Assembly (NCBI GenBank): GCA_044440125.1
Contig: JBITAJ010000021.1
Location: forward strand, 96,001 to 160,000
Direction: 5' to 3'
Length of the DNA stretch: 64,000 nt
Source of the DNA: Sedimentisphaeraceae bacterium JB056
GTDB taxonomy: Bacteria; Planctomycetota; Phycisphaerae; Sedimentisphaerales; Sedimentisphaeraceae
Shown one piece after another: positions 59,101 through 64,000 of this stretch. The translations under genes and the position numbers were made by a program. The notes beneath the pieces are model-generated. The model was given only the letters and a program-made list of their open reading frames with translations. It was not told where the DNA came from and did not search any database. How positions within the stretch are numbered: the stretch's first letter is position 1; the number at the start of each line of letters is the position of its first letter.

Positions 59101-60210
59101 AGTATATGCACTGTAAGCTTCGGTGTAAATATCAGTAGCTGATTTTTCCAACAATCTTTCAGTTGCATTAACTTTAACTCGCCCTATCTGGCTAATTTCT
59201 ATCCTAACCGAAGCAACCAACGGTCCGTAAAGGTCAGTAACATTATCACCATCAACATCCAGAGGAGAAGAGCAATGATAAACAGAAAGCTCCGCTCCAT
59301 AACCATCACAAACCTGTGTAAATCTGGCATCGTTCACGATGAAGGTATTTTCTTTCCACTGTCCGGTTTTTGTATAATGAATATAATCCAGCTCTTTCAT
59401 ACCACTCGTCGAATCATATCTTATCCTCCACCAATTATCACCAGATGGAGCATTACTATCATCAAACCATTTGACAGTTATTGCAAGCGGCAATGAAGTG
59501 TCAACCTGAGTTTCGTCAACAGCAAAACGTAATCGTCTTGCCCAATCGTAGACATTAGCCTTACCTTCAACATAACTTACTGTTGCAGAATCAGACCACG
59601 CAGTCTGCTGTTCAGGCATCCCATTCTCAACATTTGTATCCCCAAGCACAACCATAGCTTCAAGAGGAGTTATCTTAACATAATCAACAAGCGGCCCGTA
59701 AAGATCTGTAATATCATCACCATCAACATCTAACGGAGCTGCGCTGTGATATACTGAAAGTTCTGCTCCGTAACCATCGCAAACCTGTGTAAACCTTGCA
59801 TCATTTACAATAAATGTATTCTCCTTCCACTGTCCGGTCATTCCATAATGTACATAATCCAACTGCTTCATACCACTCATTGAATCATAACGTAACAGCC
59901 AATTTGCTCCACTTGGAGCATTGGGATCATCAAACCATTTGACAGTTATTGCAAGCGGAAGTGATGTGTCAATTAAAGTTTCATCAACAGCAAACCGTAA
60001 CCGGCGAACCCAGTCAGCATTATTAGCCTTACCCTCAATATTTCCTATTAATCCTGTTTCAGACCAACTCGTCTGCTGCTCAGTTATTCCATTTTCAATA
60101 TTAGAACTTACAAGATTAATACTCAAAATCTCAGCCCTGATAATTGAAGAAAGTAAAAGTAAAAACATAACGAACACAAAATTACACGGCATTTTTCTTA
60201 AAACCAACAT
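56128..60210 (-). CDS. Polysaccharide lyase family 8 with four copies of a ~150-aa accessory domain
   Basis: GSWSDLDY, NWWYWEIGVP, GANGTD, SFRQH...YNGGYG, FWESDF, DWTFLPGTT, AKKSWHFFDDEVVCLGSDI; TTG start and signal peptide. Confidence 0.9.
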   Translation of the reverse strand: MLVLRKMPCNFVFVMFLLLLSSIIRAEILSINLVSSNIENGITEQQTSWSETGLIGNIEGKANNADWVRRLRFAVDETLIDTSLPLAITVKWFDDPNAPSGANWLLRYDSMSGMKQLDYVHYGMTGQWKENTFIVNDARFTQVCDGYGAELSVYHSAAPLDVDGDDITDLYGPLVDYVKITPLEAMVVLGDTNVENGMPEQQTAWSDSATVSYVEGKANVYDWARRLRFAVDETQVDTSLPLAITVKWFDDSNAPSGDNWWRIRYDSTSGMKELDYIHYTKTGQWKENTFIVNDARFTQVCDGYGAELSVYHCSSPLDVDGDNVTDLYGPLVASVRIEISQIGRVKVNATERLLEKSATDIYTEAYSAYTTMSANGSWSDLDYDEEPATNWDVTLHYNRLLAMSKAYCKAGQSYYQNSSIKTAIETALDYGDTNVFHDSLGERAEKDGNWWYWEIGVPRILGPALVLLQNSIDDTIFTDCRDSIEWLIGDTIPQYEGANGTDVAMTHLFLSLIDCDTVMMDSVASFFADMAVVNTAPTEGILEDNSFRQHRMIYNGGYGQVYVLGLEEYIGFYAKDTQYQLPQENLDIFGRYLTEGEIWTAYNGYWDLGVLGRSAGSGNKSSMQPEPGLEVMSTVAHSSREQLLNHISAIENQEHSPVGHRHFWESDFTAHHNDNWYSSVKMHSQNNIAAEGFGGQGMMLWYMGDGVTWFLTDGDEYCTNNVLPTLDWTFLPGTTVEDDELPCYDTNYIHSGIETFVGGTCADDYGVTAMQLGHIDTTMRAKKSWHFFDDEVVCLGSDIDCNNSNSVYTVINQRPLVSGVERLYVDGSSEPYDELTIQLGDQNVESGITEQQTTWSDYAEIEGVEGKANNADWVRRLRFAVDESLVNTSLTLSVIVRWFDDPNAVANSNWLLRYDSTTGMKQSGYVNYSYTGQWKETIFEISDARFTQVCDGYGAEMSIYHSSSPLDVDNDGTADLYGPLVESVVIVPVMMNWNDTLVDVDWMQCDDMGYYFPDSPDIKVKRVYQTGSWTDIFSLSTDSTVYSKPMLSFWYDHGTYSSGSSYAYATLPTKDKSWVASYAQSDPIEVLANSASIHAVKDDSTDSVGVVFWPVDPNVLCVDFDQEDIVQTGMLELLTDWSDIGVKSGITGKANTADWVRRLRFGVSQGIINTNDVYVKVKWFDDANAPAGANWLLRYDSTTGMAQSSYVYYSRNGQWRETTLHLTDARFEEVCDSYGSELSIYHSAAPLDVTGDSQPDLYGPLVQAITITPANVLNPTATYSVDVVTSDKPCILFYQYDGNDLVLSLSQPEHKTETINIEVDMAMIAKELPDGVSCYVNNGVTYITFNVQNGRNYTCRFGVL
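56404..60120 (-). repeat. Four intragenic ~460-bp repeats
   Basis: About 59665-60120, 59194-59652, 57247-57709 and 56404-56868; each encodes GKAN..DW.RRLRF.V...WFDD...RYDS...GQW.E...DARF..VCD.YG.E.S.YH...PLDV....DLYGPLV. Confidence 0.92.
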
Positions 60211-60462
60211 TACAATCTTCCTTAAAAATATATATTATTTGTTTTTGCCTGACATATCTATACCAATGCGAGCATCTGACAACAACAACCTTGTAAAAGC
60301 TTGCTTAATCTATCCAATTGATGATTAGTGAGATATGATTTTAATAACCGTAAACGTTCACACCGCTACTTAGAATCTTACCTTAACACACTATGATTAC
60401 TTTTTGTAAAACCCCCAAACAGCATTTAGTGCATAAATTAGCAAATGTGTGAATAGCTACAA

Positions 60463-60509
60463 ATAACCGAGCCTGATTCTGCGACTCCAACACTATCAGA
60501 CTCGGCTAT
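60463..60509 (-). promoter_or_regulatory. Stem-loop just past the FG-GAP gene
   Basis: Minus strand ATAGCCGAGTCTGAT...ATCAGGCTCGGTTAT, 15-bp stem with two G-U pairs. Confidence 0.6.
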
Positions 60510-60519
60510 AAACTGACTT

Positions 60520-61797
60520 CTACTGTGAAATCCAGTCTGATGCCAATATTGAGAAATCTTCCATATTTACAATACAATCTCTGTTAAGATCGCTATTAAT
60601 ATAAGATGTCCCAAGATCACCGCAAAAAGCCGGTGGTTCAATCATTACACCATCTTTTAGGTAATATGAACTACCAGCTAAAGCTCCTTGCCATGGAGCA
60701 ACGTCATCACCTGTTATTTTATAAAGATGCAATCCGACAAGCTTACCATCGGAATCATCCCCGCCATATATAACTTCTTTAATCCCATCTCCATCCCAAT
60801 CTCCAACAACCAGAACATGACCACTCTTCGCTCCAAAAACATTACCATTCCATTTAAGCCCATTGTCAACACCTGTACTCTCAAGCCAGCCACTTGCATA
60901 GTAACTTGCAAAAAGTAAATCTAACGTAGAGTCGCCATCTACATCACCGATATGAAGACGACCTGAACGTCCCGATAAGACCTTGCCTATATAGAAAAAG
61001 CCATTATCACTGCCATCCCACTGATACCACGATGTAACACCATAACTTGTACTGCCGCCACTAATAAATAATTCATCATAGCCATCACCATCAATATCGG
61101 CAACAACATTATCATCGCCGCCCATCCAACCGGCAACAGCAAGCTTTATAAAAGCGACAGAACCATCTGCCTGTACTTCAAATAAAGCGGTATGCCCATA
61201 ATCAGGATTAGCAGCACTGTAAGACCTCAGACCAACAAGCAGCTCCACAAGACCATCCTGATCAAAATCAGAAGGTGTTACGCTAAGATACTGCTGTTTT
61301 GTGCTGGATGTAAGCGATGTATAAACCGCACTGTCATTTGAATCCGCATCAAGCTGACCAAGCTCTCCAATCCAATCATTCGGGTCTGCGGCATCGGTAC
61401 CTGCCGCAACATAAACTCGTCCAGATGACAATGTATCGAAAGCTAAACTGTTTACTTTTCCCCCTACATAAAATGAATCAACCAAAGTTACCTGGTTATC
61501 CTGATAACTCTCATACCAATAAACAACATCATCACCGCCTACAAGCAGGTCAGCTCTTGTATCACCGTCAAAATCACCACTAATCACAGAGTAGAACTCT
61601 TCAGTATAGCTATCAGCAATTCTTCTCCATTGAACACTGCTGCTTATACGATCGTATTCAAACCAGTCCACAGCACCATGCCCAGTACCCGCCTGCACAC
61701 ATATAAGATCTGTATTAACATCGCCATCAAGAGAAGCAAAAGACACTGATATTAACAGAAATAAAACACTAAATATAATTAAACTTACTTTAGACAT
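60520..61797 (-). CDS. Secreted FG-GAP/VCBS-repeat beta-propeller protein with half-dockerin
   Basis: GDFDGDTRADLLVG, DFDQDGLVELLVG, ADIDGDGYDEL, GDVDGDSTLDLL, GDWDGDGIKEV; tail SDLNRDCIVNMEDFSILASDW. Confidence 0.82.
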   Translation of the reverse strand: MSKVSLIIFSVLFLLISVSFASLDGDVNTDLICVQAGTGHGAVDWFEYDRISSSVQWRRIADSYTEEFYSVISGDFDGDTRADLLVGGDDVVYWYESYQDNQVTLVDSFYVGGKVNSLAFDTLSSGRVYVAAGTDAADPNDWIGELGQLDADSNDSAVYTSLTSSTKQQYLSVTPSDFDQDGLVELLVGLRSYSAANPDYGHTALFEVQADGSVAFIKLAVAGWMGGDDNVVADIDGDGYDELFISGGSTSYGVTSWYQWDGSDNGFFYIGKVLSGRSGRLHIGDVDGDSTLDLLFASYYASGWLESTGVDNGLKWNGNVFGAKSGHVLVVGDWDGDGIKEVIYGGDDSDGKLVGLHLYKITGDDVAPWQGALAGSSYYLKDGVMIEPPAFCGDLGTSYINSDLNRDCIVNMEDFSILASDWISQ

Positions 61798-61852
61798 TTA
61801 AAAGTCTCCCGATTAAAAGTATATCATCTATTCTATAAAATGGTCTCTATAT

Positions 61853-64000
61853 TTACTGAATAAAGAGCTCTTCCGGCTGGGCATATTGAAGCCAGCTATT
61901 TACAAATATTGTAAGATCAGTTATATCAACCTGACAATCCTGATTTAAGTCTCCTTGTTGACCGTCACCATTTTGCCATATATCAAGACAGCTTACAATA
62001 TCCGTATCAAACTGGGCAGTATAGTTTCTACCATTCTCTACAGCAAATGTCAGCAGAGTACTCTCAGTACCATCTGCTTGAGCCGTTACACCATCAGCTA
62101 ATATCGGATTAGAAAGAGAAGTATATGGCACATCAAGCGTAACTGTAATTGTGGCAGTTGCATGAGTAGGTTCACTCAATGCAAGAGACAATTTTCCACC
62201 TGCAATCTGCCATGTCACCATACAAGGAGTGTTCACTGTCACTGAATCAACGGTTCCAGACTGCCAGAATACAGCAGCTGTCGTATTGGTACTTCTATCT
62301 TTAACTGCATGTACAGCATCATTGTTAGAGAGTGCAGTAAAAGGTACCCCCATAGCATATTCCGTAAGCGATTGTCCTTTAGGATAAACCATGGCATAGA
62401 GATATGAAGCATCGTTTACGTTACTTCCATGATCATATAAAAGTGTCAGAAAATCTCTGGTTACAACATCGGTAGAACCAAAAGTATTGTTAAGATCATA
62501 CCATGCACCGCTCTGGCTCTTACGAATAGCTCTGATATTATCTCCGGCAGGGAAATAGTAACCAATATTCTCACATTCTACCAAGGTTACATCAGAAACA
62601 ACCTCGTCCCAACCCACGGCAGTAGAAGCTACCTGACCATCAACAAATACCGGAGTATTTGAAGCCGTTAAAGGCCATTGAGCGACAACGGTTTCAGTTG
62701 TATTAGATGTAGAACAGTCAATATCACTACCCATACAAACAACCTCATCATCAAAGAAGAAATAACTCTTCTTTGCGGTTAAATCTGTAATTGATGAGTA
62801 GGCAAAATCCATAGCGGCAACACCGCTTGACTCAAGAAAAGCACCACCAACAAAATCACTGTCACCATAGCCATAACCGGTTTCATTGTAGGTCTTCTGC
62901 TCAACAGTTACACCCGGAAGACGAGTCCAATCCATTGCTGCCAACACATCGTTAGTTACATATTCATCGCCAAGAGGCAAAAACCATACAAGTCCATTAG
63001 CAACCAGCCATTGTTTAAAACCCTCACCATTAATAGCTTCTGCATTAACTGTACGATCTGAAAGCATTCTTACAGAACCATACCAATTATCGCTGTGATG
63101 CGTCGTAATATCAGATTCCCAGAAATGTCGCTGCCCTTCAAGCTCATAAGGATTAGCCAGATACGCATCAATATCATCAGCAAAATCTCCTTCAAGATCC
63201 GTAAGAAGCGATATACCAGGAATATTTTCCGGATTTTGGTCACCACGAGTTACCGCACGCCCAAGCACACCAGTATCCCAATAGCCGTTGATTTTGAAGT
63301 GATTTGCTCCCTGAAGCAGATAATCAACCAATGTTTCAACATAATAAGCATCTACCTGATAAACAGTATTGATTGCATACTTACCAACATACATGCATAC
63401 AGATGTCAAGAAATCTTTACCATAACTACCGCTATAAGGAATCGGGCCATGCTGATGGAAGCTGAAGTCCTCTTTAATACCTTCATGCCCTGTTGCTTGG
63501 AATGTTAACAAACTTTCAAAAGTATCCTTAACATCAGTGAGCAGATTTACATCGGCATCAATTAAGGCTAAATAAGTGTGTATTTCCGCTGTATCAGCAA
63601 GATTAGCACCCTCCCAGACAGGAATATCTTCGCCAACAAGCCATACTAATGAATCACGGGCTTCGGTGAAAATTGCTGCATTAATCTCATCTTGAATAGA
63701 AACAAGAGCCTTACCCAAACGCTTAGGTAATGATATTTGCCAATACCACCAGTTTCCTTCCTGAATCGGACGACCACTTCCATTTACAGTAAAGACATTA
63801 TCCTGTCCATAATCAAGGGCATTCTCAATAGCAGTAAGTAAAGATGCACTCTGATAAAGACTTTGCCCTGACTTGTTATACCCTAACGCCATATCCAATA
63901 TACGCTCATAATGCTCTACAACAGGCCAGTTTTCAACGGCATCTGTTCCATAAACTATATCAGACCAACTTCCATCAGCTTGTATAGTATCCAAAGCAGA
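61853..64000 (-). CDS. Polysaccharide lyase family 8 with C-terminal half-dockerin; 5' end outside the window
   Basis: NWWYWQISLP, GANLAD, SFHQHG..YSGSYG, DWTRLPGVT, AKKSYFFFDDEVVC; tail GDLNQDCQVDITDLTIFVNSW. Frame stays open to 64000. Confidence 0.9.
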   Translation of the reverse strand, partial: SALDTIQADGSWSDIVYGTDAVENWPVVEHYERILDMALGYNKSGQSLYQSASLLTAIENALDYGQDNVFTVNGSGRPIQEGNWWYWQISLPKRLGKALVSIQDEINAAIFTEARDSLVWLVGEDIPVWEGANLADTAEIHTYLALIDADVNLLTDVKDTFESLLTFQATGHEGIKEDFSFHQHGPIPYSGSYGKDFLTSVCMYVGKYAINTVYQVDAYYVETLVDYLLQGANHFKINGYWDTGVLGRAVTRGDQNPENIPGISLLTDLEGDFADDIDAYLANPYELEGQRHFWESDITTHHSDNWYGSVRMLSDRTVNAEAINGEGFKQWLVANGLVWFLPLGDEYVTNDVLAAMDWTRLPGVTVEQKTYNETGYGYGDSDFVGGAFLESSGVAAMDFAYSSITDLTAKKSYFFFDDEVVCMGSDIDCSTSNTTETVVAQWPLTASNTPVFVDGQVASTAVGWDEVVSDVTLVECENIGYYFPAGDNIRAIRKSQSGAWYDLNNTFGSTDVVTRDFLTLLYDHGSNVNDASYLYAMVYPKGQSLTEYAMGVPFTALSNNDAVHAVKDRSTNTTAAVFWQSGTVDSVTVNTPCMVTWQIAGGKLSLALSEPTHATATITVTLDVPYTSLSNPILADGVTAQADGTESTLLTFAVENGRNYTAQFDTDIVSCLDIWQNGDGQQGDLNQDCQVDITDLTIFVNSWLQYAQPEELFIQ

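Noticed and set aside
56404..60120. PL8 repeats as inteins, a CRISPR array or DGR template/variable repeats
   Set aside because: In-frame protein domains without intein terminal residues or a repeat-spacer pattern; no cas or reverse transcriptase gene in the window
60355..60455. Possible long hairpin or riboswitch upstream of the PL8 gene (TTCACAC...GTGTGAA)
   Set aside because: Only 7 bp pair cleanly and no known aptamer motif is recognisable
1771..63508. Many 60-240 aa ORFs antisense to or nested in long genes (e.g. 7548-8210, 39607-40215, 45712-46422)
   Set aside because: Shadow frames of well-supported genes with no recognisable motifs

Overview
A polysaccharide-utilisation region. Its prepilin/H-X9-DG proteins, Cys-flanked dockerin-like tails and Tat sulfatases point to a planctomycete, most likely Phycisphaerae/Sedimentisphaerales-like (inference). 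Enzymes: seven Cys-type sulfatases, two alginate-lyase-fold proteins, two PL8 lyases, several beta-helix proteins, and a beta-mannan-type module (acetylesterase, symporter, GH5-like, two GH130). Transport and regulation: two sodium:solute symporters and four regulators (GntR, two LacI, XylR-type AraC); operator sites can be read from the DNA for three of them. No SusC/SusD or TonB-dependent receptor is visible. Instead, three regulons each contain one prepilin-type protein and one LamG protein with a dockerin-like tail. Eight secreted proteins carry the tail, mostly as a single half-dockerin. One PL8 lyase has four copies of an unrecognised ~150-aa domain, two of them inserted inside the enzyme. 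Mobile traces: two tRNA-Asp 3' fragments (17.5 and 55.4 kb) suggesting tandem islands, an intact IS200, an internally deleted IS200, an ISL3 pseudogene and two integrase-core IS remnants. Family assignments come from motif recognition only; no searches were run.
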